A DNA stretch of 58,213 nt from Candidatus Methylomirabilis sp. (lineage in GTDB: Bacteria > Oederibacteriota > PGYV01 > DYJU01). Position numbers and translations under genes: made by a program. The notes beneath the pieces are model-generated. The model saw only the letters and a list, made by a program, of their open reading frames with translations, was not told the origin of the DNA and did not search any database. Within the stretch, counting starts at the first letter, position 1. Each line of letters begins with the position of its first letter. This document shows positions 10,265-20,020 of this stretch, piece after piece. The stretch spans positions 1 to 58,213 of the forward strand of contig DYJU01000004.1 of the NCBI GenBank assembly GCA_020722985.1. The letters are read 5' to 3'.

Positions 10265-11043
10265 AAAAAATATTAGAAATAAATAATTTAAAGAAAAATT
10301 TTAGAACAGAAAGAATTTTTTTTGGAAGTAATAAAATTATTAAAGCGGTTGATGATGTTTTTTTTTCAATTAATTCAGGAGAAATTTGTGCTCTTGTTGG
10401 CGAGAGTGGTTCTGGTAAAACAACAATAGCAAGGTGTATTGCAGGGCTTGAAACATTTGACAGTGGTAGTATATTATTTAAAGGGACTCCGCTTATTTTT
10501 AAAACAAAAGAAGAAAGAAGAAAAATTCAATATATATTTCAAGACACATACAATTCGCTAAATCCGAGAATGAGAATAGATGATACTATTTCTGAACCAA
10601 TAAAATATCATTTTGAAATAAAAGGGCAGAAATTAAATGAAGAAGTAAACAAACTGTTAAAAAAGGTTGGATTAAACGAAAGTTTTAGAAAAAAATTTCC
10701 ACATGAATTATCAGGCGGTCAGAGGCAGAGAATTGTAATAGCGCGAGCTCTTTCTTTAAAACCTGAATTAATAATAGCAGATGAACCGGTATCAAATCTT
10801 GACGTGTCTATTCAGGCACAGATATTACAACTTTTTTTAGAACTTAACATAAAGGATAAAATAACTTTTTTATTTATAACGCACGATTTAAGAATAGTTT
10901 ATAATTTAGCGGATTATGTAATTGTGATGAAAGATGGAAAGATTGTAGAACAGGGACAAACTCAAAAAATATACTCAAAACCACAAAGCGATTATACGCA
11001 AAATTTACTTTATTCAATTCCTGCTTCGCCATTTAAAAATTAA
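10261..11043 (+). CDS. Peptide ABC transporter ATPase (OppF/DppF-like)
   Basis: GESGSGKT, LSGGQRQR, ADEPVSNLD. Confidence 0.95.
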   Translation: MKKILEINNLKKNFRTERIFFGSNKIIKAVDDVFFSINSGEICALVGESGSGKTTIARCIAGLETFDSGSILFKGTPLIFKTKEERRKIQYIFQDTYNSLNPRMRIDDTISEPIKYHFEIKGQKLNEEVNKLLKKVGLNESFRKKFPHELSGGQRQRIVIARALSLKPELIIADEPVSNLDVSIQAQILQLFLELNIKDKITFLFITHDLRIVYNLADYVIVMKDGKIVEQGQTQKIYSKPQSDYTQNLLYSIPASPFKN

Positions 11044-12346
11044 AATTTTTAAATGGATTGAATTTTTCTTTTGCTGATTTTTTAAGAAGTTTTTTCATTT
11101 GATTAAATTGTTTTAAAAGTTTATTTACTTTTTCATAACTTGTGCCACTTCCATGAGCAATCCTCCTTTTTCTACTTTCATTAATAATCTCAGGCATTAC
11201 CCTTTCTTTTTCTGTCATAGAAAGTATAATTGCTTCTGTGTGTTTTATATTTTTTTCATCAATTACGATATTCCCTAAATTGTTGCCACCTGGAATCATT
11301 TTAATTAAATCCTGTAGAGGACCCATACTCTGTAATTGCTTTAACTGTGTCAGGAAATCATCAAAGGTAAAAGAAGCTTTTTTTAGTTTTTCAAATTGTT
11401 TTTTTGTTTCTTCTTCTGAAATTGTTTTCTGGACTTTTTCAACCAGAGAAACAATATCTCCCATACCCAATATTGATGATGCTATCCTGTCGGGATGGAA
11501 AAGGTTTAAATTATTAACTTTTTCACCAGTTCCTATAAATTTTATTGGAACAGATGTAATATATTTCATAGAAAGAGCAGCCCCACCTTTTGCATCGCCA
11601 TCTACCTTTGTAAGAATTATTCCAGTAAGCCCTAATTTTTCATTGAAATTTTTTGCAATATTCACCGCTTCCTGTCCAAGCATAGCATCAGCAACTAAGA
11701 TAATCTCGGAAAATTTTATTTTTTCTTTTAATTTTTTTAAATCATCAAGATTTTCTTCGCTTATATGCAAAGTTCCAGCAGTGTCAAAAATCATTGCATC
11801 GCAAAACTTATCCATGCCAAAATTGTATGCATTTTCAGCAGTTTTTAAAAAGTTATCATCATTTTCAGTATAAAATAAAAAATTATTTTTATCTGCAAGA
11901 TTTTTAAGTTGTTCCCTTGCAGCAGGTCTTTTAGTATCAAGGGCAATAAGTAATATTTTTTCAGATATTTTTTCGGTTTTTAAATAAACTCCGATTTTTG
12001 CAGCTGTTGTTGTTTTGCCTGATCCTTGCAGACCGACAAGCAGAATGGTTAAAGGTTTTTCTTTTTTTAAACCGGAGTTTTTATCACCTAAAAAAGAAAT
12101 GAGTTCATCATGGATAATTTTGATAAATTGTTGTTCGGAAGTTAAAGATTTTAAAACAATCTGTCCTAAAGATTTTTGTTTTACCCTTTCTATGAATTCT
12201 TTTGCGACTTTATAATTTACATCTGCTTCTAAAAAAGTCATTCTTATATCATGTAAGACTTCTTCTATATTTTTTTCAGTTATGATTCCTTGACCTGTTA
12301 TTTTTTTGATTAAATTATTTATTTTAGCAGATATTGTTTCGAACAT
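11033..12346 (-). CDS. ffh: Signal recognition particle protein Ffh
   Basis: LEADVN, GLQGSGKTT, TKVDGDAKGGAALS, ILGMGD, M-domain SRKRRIA.GSG. Confidence 0.96.
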   Translation of the reverse strand: MFETISAKINNLIKKITGQGIITEKNIEEVLHDIRMTFLEADVNYKVAKEFIERVKQKSLGQIVLKSLTSEQQFIKIIHDELISFLGDKNSGLKKEKPLTILLVGLQGSGKTTTAAKIGVYLKTEKISEKILLIALDTKRPAAREQLKNLADKNNFLFYTENDDNFLKTAENAYNFGMDKFCDAMIFDTAGTLHISEENLDDLKKLKEKIKFSEIILVADAMLGQEAVNIAKNFNEKLGLTGIILTKVDGDAKGGAALSMKYITSVPIKFIGTGEKVNNLNLFHPDRIASSILGMGDIVSLVEKVQKTISEEETKKQFEKLKKASFTFDDFLTQLKQLQSMGPLQDLIKMIPGGNNLGNIVIDEKNIKHTEAIILSMTEKERVMPEIINESRKRRIAHGSGTSYEKVNKLLKQFNQMKKLLKKSAKEKFNPFKNFNF

Positions 12347-12349
12347 ATT

Positions 12350-13006
12350 CTATTTCTTATATGAATTATAAAGTTTTCTTATAACTTTTGAAGGATTATT
12401 TGATTTAAAAATTGCACTTCCAGAAACAAGTATATCAACTCCAGCGCCTATGGCAAGAGGGGCTGTTTCTGGATTAATACCACCATCTATTGATATTAAA
12501 AAATTATATTTTCTTTTAAACTGGTTTAAAAATTTAACCTTTTTTAATACTTCTGGTATAAATTTTTGTCCACCAAAACCAGGTTCTACACTCATTATTA
12601 GTATCAAGTCCAAAAATTTTATATATTTTACTATTTTATTTACAGGAGTTTTTGGTTTAATTGAAATTCCTGTTTTTATTTTTTTTGATTTTATTTTTTT
12701 TAATACTGAAATAATATTTTTTGTCGCTTCAAAATGTATTGTTATGTAATCAGAACCAGCATTTATAAATTCATTTATATATTTTTCCGGATTTTTTATC
12801 ATTAAGTGAACATCAAATGGCAAAGATGTTAATTTTCTTATTTGAGAAATAAATTTTGGACCAAAAGTTAAATTTGGAACAAAATTTCCATCCATAACAT
12901 CAAAGTGAATAAAATCGATCTTTGATTTTTCTAACAATTTTATTGTTTTTTTTATTTCTGTGAAATCTGAATCTAAAATTGAAGGAGAAACCATTATTTT
13001 TTTCAT
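12350..13006 (-). CDS. rpe: Ribulose-phosphate 3-epimerase
   Basis: PSIL, HFDVMDGNFVPN, DVHLM, MSVEPGFGGQ, DGG. Confidence 0.97.
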   Translation of the reverse strand: MKKIMVSPSILDSDFTEIKKTIKLLEKSKIDFIHFDVMDGNFVPNLTFGPKFISQIRKLTSLPFDVHLMIKNPEKYINEFINAGSDYITIHFEATKNIISVLKKIKSKKIKTGISIKPKTPVNKIVKYIKFLDLILIMSVEPGFGGQKFIPEVLKKVKFLNQFKRKYNFLISIDGGINPETAPLAIGAGVDILVSGSAIFKSNNPSKVIRKLYNSYKK

Positions 13007-13017
13007 TTTTTTTACCT

Positions 13018-13965
13018 TTATTTTACTTTGAATTCAAATTCTTTTATTAATTCATTACCCATAAAAACCTGGACATATGCATCTCCGATTACACGTGCAT
13101 TTAAAGCCAATGTTTTCTGTGGTTCTAAAACATCGTTATATATAGTTTCACTTCCTGCTAAACTAAAGACATTTATTTTAATTAATTTAGGAACATTTGA
13201 TTCTGTAGAAGTATATACTATTTTTATTGATCTGTTTTTTAATGAAATATCTGATGTTTTTTTTGTTGCAGTTAAAATAATCTGGGTTTCATCATTAATT
13301 TTATAACCAAAAGGCGGTTCTTGATTTATTATTGTGCCAGAGTCAAGAGTTTCATTATCTTCTATTATTAGTTTGCTCAGGAAAATTTTTTTGGACGATA
13401 AAATTTTATATACTTTAAAAATATTTTTATTGATAAAATCAGGCATTAAAAAATTTTGTTTTTTTTCACCCGAACTTTTTAAATAATTAATTCTTGACTT
13501 AAACGGAACTTGAACACCAGATGGTGGATATTGGGCAATAATAAAATTTTCTTTATAAATAGGGGATGAAGCCACAGTTTCGGTTCCATCTTCTAAATCA
13601 TTATTTTTTATTTCAACCATTGCTTTTGATTTTAATATATTTGTAATATTTACGACTGTGATTAATTTTGAACCTTTACTTAAAATAACATAAACTGTCC
13701 TGCCTTTTTTTATTTTTGTTTTAGGTTTTAAATTCTGAGTAATAATCTGACCTTTTTCATAAACGTTACTATAAATTTCATCTTCTATTTTTAATTCAAG
13801 TCCTAATTTTGAGCAGGTTTTCTGGGCATTTTCTAATGTGATACCAGTAAAATCTGGCACTGTTATTGTGCTTAAAGAAAAAACAAGTTTCATAACAAAT
13901 AAAGCAGTTATAACAGAAATAAATAAGCCAAGTATGAGTAATTTTATTATAAATGACTTTTTCAT
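13018..13965 (-). CDS. Membrane-anchored PASTA-domain protein
   Basis: N-terminal TM, then three repeats with VPDF.G / II.Q.P / V.LSKG features; no kinase domain. Confidence 0.85.
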   Translation of the reverse strand: MKKSFIIKLLILGLFISVITALFVMKLVFSLSTITVPDFTGITLENAQKTCSKLGLELKIEDEIYSNVYEKGQIITQNLKPKTKIKKGRTVYVILSKGSKLITVVNITNILKSKAMVEIKNNDLEDGTETVASSPIYKENFIIAQYPPSGVQVPFKSRINYLKSSGEKKQNFLMPDFINKNIFKVYKILSSKKIFLSKLIIEDNETLDSGTIINQEPPFGYKINDETQIILTATKKTSDISLKNRSIKIVYTSTESNVPKLIKINVFSLAGSETIYNDVLEPQKTLALNARVIGDAYVQVFMGNELIKEFEFKVK

Positions 13966-14091
13966 AAAAATACCTTTCTTCTTAATTTAAAACATTTTAT
14001 TATTATAATGAATTAACTACTTTTTGCAAGTGTGTTTTTTATTGCATTTTATTTTTTTAATTGTAAAATAAATCAAAAAATGAGGGACAAA

Positions 14092-14730
14092 ATGAATTTA
14101 TTTTTAAAAATAAGAGATAAAATAAAAAAAGTATTACAAAATGGAAAAAATTCACATAACTGGGAACACACAGAAAGAGTATATAATTTAGCTTTAAAAA
14201 TTGCTAAAAAAGAAAAGGCTGATATAGAAATAGTAAAATATGCCGCAATACTACATGATATAAAAAGGACAGAAGAAGATAGAAAAAATGGAAAAATTTG
14301 CCATGCAAAAGAAGGTGCAAAAAAGGCATATATGTTGTTAAAAAAGCATGGACTATCCAGAGAAAAAATAAAAAAAATTGTTCATTGTATTGAAACTCAT
14401 AGGTTTCGTGGAAATAAAAAGCCAGAAACAAAAGAAGCAAAAGTTTTATTTGATGCAGATAAACTGGATTCGATAGGCGCAGTGGGTATAGGAAGGGCAT
14501 TTTTATTTGCAGGAGAGGTTGGTGCTAAACTACATAATAAAGGTATTGAAATAAAAAAAACCAAACCTTATACGGAAGAAGATACAGCATACAGGGAATA
14601 TGTGGTTAAATTAAGAAAAATAAAAAATAAAATGCAGACAAAAACAGGGAAAAAAATGGCTATTAAAAGGCATAAATTTATGGTTGAATTTTTTAAAAGA
14701 TTGAACAAAGAAGTAAAGGGAATTGTATGA
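14092..14730 (+). CDS. HD-domain phosphohydrolase
   Basis: H..EH..RV, AILHDI, H, DADKLDSIGA; start moved to ATG 14092 after a GAGGGA SD. Confidence 0.88.
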   Translation: MNLFLKIRDKIKKVLQNGKNSHNWEHTERVYNLALKIAKKEKADIEIVKYAAILHDIKRTEEDRKNGKICHAKEGAKKAYMLLKKHGLSREKIKKIVHCIETHRFRGNKKPETKEAKVLFDADKLDSIGAVGIGRAFLFAGEVGAKLHNKGIEIKKTKPYTEEDTAYREYVVKLRKIKNKMQTKTGKKMAIKRHKFMVEFFKRLNKEVKGIV

Positions 14731-15158
14731 GATTAAAAGAATTTTTAAAAGATGAAGAAATAACTTTATTAAATAGCACAATAAAAAGTATTGAGAAAAG
14801 AACAAAAAGTAAAATAAGAATTTATATAACTGAAAAAATAGGTAGATATGAACTAAAAAAGGCAAGAGAAATTTTTGTTAGTTTAAATTTAAGAAATGAA
14901 TTAAAAAATAATGTTATTTTTATCATTTCTCTTAAGGATAAAAAAATTGGTATTTTGGGAGATGATGGGATTGCTGAAAAAGTAAATGAGGGTTTCTGGC
15001 TAAATACAGTTAATGCAGTGGCTGAAAAATTTAAGTCTCATGAATTTGCAATAGGGCTTATCGGAGGTATAAATTTAGTGGCGGAGAAAGTAATTGAATT
15101 TTTCCCTGACGAAAAAGAAGAAAATTCTTTAGAACAGATTATTTTTTACGAAAAATGA
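14727..15158 (+). CDS. TPM-domain protein
   Basis: IE..T...IR, N.V.F.I, ILGD.GI pattern typical of TPM domains. Confidence 0.75.
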   Translation: MRLKEFLKDEEITLLNSTIKSIEKRTKSKIRIYITEKIGRYELKKAREIFVSLNLRNELKNNVIFIISLKDKKIGILGDDGIAEKVNEGFWLNTVNAVAEKFKSHEFAIGLIGGINLVAEKVIEFFPDEKEENSLEQIIFYEK

Positions 15159-15787
15159 AAAAAATAAAAGTTATACTTTTTTTTATTGTGTTTGTTAAAG
15201 TTTTATTATATGCGCAAATTTTTAATATTGATGATAATTATATTTATGATTTTGCGAAAATTTTAAAAGAGACCGATAGAAAATCATTAAATGAATTGTT
15301 GATAAAATATAATAAAATAACCGGAATTAAATTTAAAATAATTATAATTAATTCGTTAAAAGATTATACAGATGAAGATATTGTTTTTGAAAATTTTATA
15401 AGAAATATATTTAATTCAATAAAAACAGACAGACAGAATACAATTTTGTTTGCTATTACAATAAAGGACAGGAAATTATATTATGAAAGTGGGACACAGA
15501 TTAATGAGTCTTTAACATCTTTGTTATCCAGCATAATAGATAATAAAATAATACCATATTTTAAAAATGAAGAATATGCTCGTGGTATATATGATGGTGT
15601 CAGGGTTTTTATAAGGAAGACAGAAAAAAGACAAGAAAATAATATAAAGATTCCTGCGGAAATATTTTATCTATTGATGAGTTTTTTAATAGTATTTGCA
15701 GGATTATTTTTAATAGCGAAAAGGAAAAAGAGAAAAGTAAAAATAATTGAAGAATTTGGCAAAGGTGCGTTTACAGAGTGGAAATAG
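15155..15787 (+). CDS. TPM-domain membrane protein
   Basis: Signal peptide, IYDFAKIL, IPYFKN..Y..GI, C-terminal TM and FG.GA..EW tail. Confidence 0.75.
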   Translation: MKKIKVILFFIVFVKVLLYAQIFNIDDNYIYDFAKILKETDRKSLNELLIKYNKITGIKFKIIIINSLKDYTDEDIVFENFIRNIFNSIKTDRQNTILFAITIKDRKLYYESGTQINESLTSLLSSIIDNKIIPYFKNEEYARGIYDGVRVFIRKTEKRQENNIKIPAEIFYLLMSFLIVFAGLFLIAKRKKRKVKIIEEFGKGAFTEWK

Positions 15788-15982
15788 CAAAAACCTTGCG
15801 TCCATGTCCATTGCCGAATGAAAAAAATTTGTGATTTATAAAATAAGATTAAAAATATTAAATTTCTAAAAATAAATTATTTTTTATCTTTACTTTATCT
15901 TATAAAAAATATATAATAAAAAAAAATGGGAGCAATGTAATAACTTAAAAAATTAATAAAATAATATCAGGGTTTTATACTT

Positions 15983-18442
15983 ATGAAGGAAAAAATTATT
16001 TTAAAAAAAACAGAAAATGAAAGAGTTTTTTTAGAAAAAATACTGAATAAATTGTATAAGATAAGTTTTATTACAAAATTTGATGAAAGAAAAACGCTTG
16101 AGAGAATCTTTAAATTAATCGGTAAGTCATTTAATTTTTCCAGGGTTTCATATAATGCATACAGAGAATCTTATCATGAGTGCATTGTGGAATGGAAAGA
16201 TAAAGGGATAAAATCAAGTTTAAATTATAAATTGCCAGATAAAATTGTAAAATATTTTTTTAATAAATCAATTAAAGTTTTTTATATAGATAAAATAACT
16301 AAAAATATTTCAAGAAAGATAAAAGATAAAAAAACAAAAAATTTAATAAAAGATTTTTTATCTGAATTAGATATTGATACATTAATATTCATTCCAGTAA
16401 ATTATAAAGATAAAACCCTGGGTTCAATTACCTTTGATATATGTAAATCACAAAAGGTAAAACCTTTATATACCGATGCTAAAAAAAGGATATTATTAAA
16501 AACTGTTAAATTACTATCCAATATTATTAAATTTTATGACATGCAAAGTAAATTAAAAGAAAATGAAAGAAAATACAGGGAAATTTTTCAAAACACAAAT
16601 GATATAGTTTTAGTAAATGAAATAAAAAAAGATGGGAAAGCAGGTTATTTTATAGAAGCAAATAAAAAAGCAATTGAATTATTAAAATACAACAAAAATG
16701 AATTATTTAAAAAAAGACCACAGGATATTGTGACGCCTGCTTTTCTTGTAGATTTTCCGAGAATAGGCAAAGCACTTGCAACCAAAAGACACTGTATATA
16801 TGAAACTGAAATTTTAGATAAATATGGCAAGAATATAAAAGTGGAGATTAATACACGTTCGTTTTATTTAGAGAATAAAAAAGTAGCCCTTTCCATAATA
16901 AGAGATATAACAAAAAGGAAAGAAGCAGAAGAGTTATTAAAAGAATATCAGAGATTACACAATATTCTTATTAATCAGATTGGACAGATAATTTATGATT
17001 ATAATGTAAAGACAGGAAAAATTTTATGGGCTGGTGCAGTTGATAAGATATTGGGAACGCATGTAGAAGAATTTAATAAAAGAGTTGATATTAAAAAATG
17101 GGAAGAAATGATACATCCAGATGATAGAAAAAGAGCAGTTGAATTATTGGAAGTAGCATTTAAAAATAGGGGAAAATATGTTGCAGAATATAGATTTTTA
17201 CATAAAAAAGGATATTATATATACGTAGAAGATGAAGGAATATTTCTAACAGATAAAAATAATAAAGTATATAGAATGTTAGGTGTAATGAGAAATGTTG
17301 ATGATAAAGTAAAATCACAAATACTTTTAAAAGAATCAGAGGAAAAGTTTAAAACATTTTCAGAACAGGCTTCATATGGTATTCTTATAAATCAAGATAA
17401 TAAAATAAAATATGCAAATAAATCTATATCTGATATTTTAGAAGTAAAATTAGAAGATTTATATAAATTTAAAAATAAGGATTTTATTGATATGGTTCAT
17501 CCAGATGAGAAAAGGATGGCTATGATTTATATGGGAGAAGCTGCTGAATTTAAAAGTGATAAGATATATAATGTTCAGATAAGAATAGTAACAGGAAATG
17601 GTAAAATAAAATATATAGATATGAATTTTAAGCAAATTATATGCGAGGGGAAAAAAGCAAATTTAATAACAGTTGTTGATATAACAAAACAAAAAGAAAT
17701 AGAAGAAAAATTAAAAATGATAATAAAAGAATTAGAAAGAGCAAATACAGAACTTGAGCAATTTGCATATATTGCATCACATGATTTACAGGAACCGTTA
17801 AGAATGATATCAAGTTATGTTCAACTTTTGGAGAGAAGATATAAAAATCAATTAGATAAAGATGCGGATGATTTTATAAAATACATAGTTGAAGGGACAA
17901 ATAGAATGCAGCAGTTAATTAAAGCACTTTTAGATTATTCAAGAATTGGCAGGATAACCGGAGGATTTGAATTAATAAATACTATAGAAATTATAAAAAA
18001 AGTAATAGCAGATATTTCTTATTTAATTAAAGAAAAAAACGCTCAGATAATATATGATAATTTGCCAGAAATGTGGGGGGATAAGGTTTTAATAGAACAG
18101 GTTTTTCAAAATTTAATATTAAATGCTTTAATATTTTCAAAAAAAGAAGAACCGCTTGTTATTGTTATTTCAGCCAGGCGAAGTAAAAACGAAATAACTT
18201 TTTCTGTAAAGGATAACGGAATTGGCATCAGTAAAGAATATCTGGATAAGATATTTGAATTATTTAAAAGGTTGCATACAAAAGATGAATATCCTGGAAC
18301 AGGGATAGGGCTTGCTATATGCAAAAAAATTATTGAACTCCATAATGGAAAAATATGGGTTGAATCAGAGCCGGCAAAAGGTTCAACTTTTTATTTTAAT
18401 ATACCGGTAAAAAGCAAAATAAAAGGAGATAAAAATGAATAG
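15983..18442 (+). CDS. Cytoplasmic GAF-like/multi-PAS sensor histidine kinase
   Basis: PAS/PAC motifs (IHPDD, VHPDE, RDIT), H-box SHDLQEPLR, DNGIG, GTGIGL. Confidence 0.93.
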   Translation: MKEKIILKKTENERVFLEKILNKLYKISFITKFDERKTLERIFKLIGKSFNFSRVSYNAYRESYHECIVEWKDKGIKSSLNYKLPDKIVKYFFNKSIKVFYIDKITKNISRKIKDKKTKNLIKDFLSELDIDTLIFIPVNYKDKTLGSITFDICKSQKVKPLYTDAKKRILLKTVKLLSNIIKFYDMQSKLKENERKYREIFQNTNDIVLVNEIKKDGKAGYFIEANKKAIELLKYNKNELFKKRPQDIVTPAFLVDFPRIGKALATKRHCIYETEILDKYGKNIKVEINTRSFYLENKKVALSIIRDITKRKEAEELLKEYQRLHNILINQIGQIIYDYNVKTGKILWAGAVDKILGTHVEEFNKRVDIKKWEEMIHPDDRKRAVELLEVAFKNRGKYVAEYRFLHKKGYYIYVEDEGIFLTDKNNKVYRMLGVMRNVDDKVKSQILLKESEEKFKTFSEQASYGILINQDNKIKYANKSISDILEVKLEDLYKFKNKDFIDMVHPDEKRMAMIYMGEAAEFKSDKIYNVQIRIVTGNGKIKYIDMNFKQIICEGKKANLITVVDITKQKEIEEKLKMIIKELERANTELEQFAYIASHDLQEPLRMISSYVQLLERRYKNQLDKDADDFIKYIVEGTNRMQQLIKALLDYSRIGRITGGFELINTIEIIKKVIADISYLIKEKNAQIIYDNLPEMWGDKVLIEQVFQNLILNALIFSKKEEPLVIVISARRSKNEITFSVKDNGIGISKEYLDKIFELFKRLHTKDEYPGTGIGLAICKKIIELHNGKIWVESEPAKGSTFYFNIPVKSKIKGDKNE

Positions 18443-18881
18443 TATAATAGATAAAAGAATTTTTGAAATATTGCTTGTAGAAGATAACCAGGCAGATGTA
18501 AGATTGATAAAAGAAGTATTAAAAGATTTTGTGATAGAAAAAAATATTACTGTCCTTACAGATGGAGAACAGGTTAGTGAATATCTATTGAGAAAAAATG
18601 AATTTTTTAATAGAAAAATGCCGGATATTATTTTGCTTGATTTAAATATTCCTAAAAAAGATGGTTTTGAAGTTTTAAAAGAAATAAAAGGATCAGAAGA
18701 ATTTAAGGATATTCCAGTAATAATTATTTCTTCATCTGAGGCAGAAGAAAGTGTGATAAAGGCATATAAATCAGGTGCCAATTGTTATATTGTAAAACCA
18801 TTGCGTCTTGATGAATTTATTAGAGTAATAAGGGGAATTGAAGAATTTTGGTTAAATACAGTAAGATTACAAAAAAAATAA
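18435..18881 (+). CDS. Single-domain response regulator (Rcp1-like)
   Basis: LLVEDN, LLDLNIPKKDG, ANCYIVKP. Confidence 0.92.
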   Translation: MNSIIDKRIFEILLVEDNQADVRLIKEVLKDFVIEKNITVLTDGEQVSEYLLRKNEFFNRKMPDIILLDLNIPKKDGFEVLKEIKGSEEFKDIPVIIISSSEAEESVIKAYKSGANCYIVKPLRLDEFIRVIRGIEEFWLNTVRLQKK

Positions 18882-18890
18882 AGGCAAAAT

Positions 18891-20012
18891 ATGATGGAAG
18901 AAAAAAAACATCTAAAAGTTTTACTGATAGAAGATAACGAAGGTGATGTGAGATTAATATGGGAGATATTATCAGAGATAAGAAATTCACCTTTTTATCT
19001 TGAAATAGCAAATACTTTATTGAACGGTTTACAGGCAATTGAAAGAGTGAAACCTGATATTATATTGCTTGACCTGTCCTTACCTGATAGTAATGGTATT
19101 TATACTTTGAACAGGGTAAGGGATAAAGCATTGCAGATACCAATTGTTGTTATAACGGGGTTAGATGATGAGATAACTGCAATCAAAGCATTAAAGGAAG
19201 GGGCTCAGGATTATCTTGTAAAAGGCAGGATGGATAGTGACCTTTTTAAAAAATCACTTTTATATGCTTATGAAAGAAATAAAATTTTTATTGAACTTCA
19301 AAAGAGTAAAGAAATTCTTGATGAAAACTTAAAAAAGATGAAATGGATTGAAAATGCAAAATTAAATTTTATAATTAATATTACAGAAGGATTATTAAAT
19401 CCTGTTATTGAAATAAAAGAGGCAGTAAAAATTTTAGAAAAATTTAGAGAAAATAAATGCAAACAATTACAGAAAAAAAAGTTAAATATAATAAGAAATA
19501 ATGTTGGAAAAATAGACGATTTAATGAACGATATGTTAGATATCATAAAACTTGAAACCAAGACAATTGATTTGCAAAAGGCAGAAAAGGATGTTTTAAA
19601 AATTTTTAAAGATATAATAAAAAATAAATCCAAAAAAATTAAAATAGAAAAAGAATTCCCGGAGTATAAAATATTGTTAAATATTGATAGATATAGAATA
19701 ACAAGAGCTTTAAATATTTTGTTTGAAAATGCTATATTTTTTTCTGATATAAATAAAAAAATAATAACTGGGATAAAAAAGAATGGTGACAAATATAATT
19801 TATATATAAAAATTTCAAGTAATAAATTAAATAAAAAATTATATGATAATATCTTTAAATACGATATCTACAATATAAATGTTGAAAGTGAAGAATATAA
19901 AACACAGATACTAAATTTTTTAATTTGTGAAAGTATATTTAAAACGCATAACTGGGAACTAAAATTTGAAAATATTGAAAAAGAAGTTGTTTTTAATGTT
20001 TTTATGAAATAA
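18891..20012 (+). CDS. Receiver domain fused to a degenerate histidine-kinase-like region
   Basis: LLIEDN, LLDLSLPDS, GAQDYLVK; C-terminal half keeps N-box-like NILFENAI but has no H-box His or G boxes. Confidence 0.8.
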   Translation: MMEEKKHLKVLLIEDNEGDVRLIWEILSEIRNSPFYLEIANTLLNGLQAIERVKPDIILLDLSLPDSNGIYTLNRVRDKALQIPIVVITGLDDEITAIKALKEGAQDYLVKGRMDSDLFKKSLLYAYERNKIFIELQKSKEILDENLKKMKWIENAKLNFIINITEGLLNPVIEIKEAVKILEKFRENKCKQLQKKKLNIIRNNVGKIDDLMNDMLDIIKLETKTIDLQKAEKDVLKIFKDIIKNKSKKIKIEKEFPEYKILLNIDRYRITRALNILFENAIFFSDINKKIITGIKKNGDKYNLYIKISSNKLNKKLYDNIFKYDIYNINVESEEYKTQILNFLICESIFKTHNWELKFENIEKEVVFNVFMK

Positions 20013-20020
20013 ATTTTTAT

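Noticed and set aside
11238-11873. 211-aa antisense ORF and similar ones (19298-19792, 34872-35414, 37893-38285 and others)
   Set aside because: They lie antisense to well-conserved genes and are explained by codon bias
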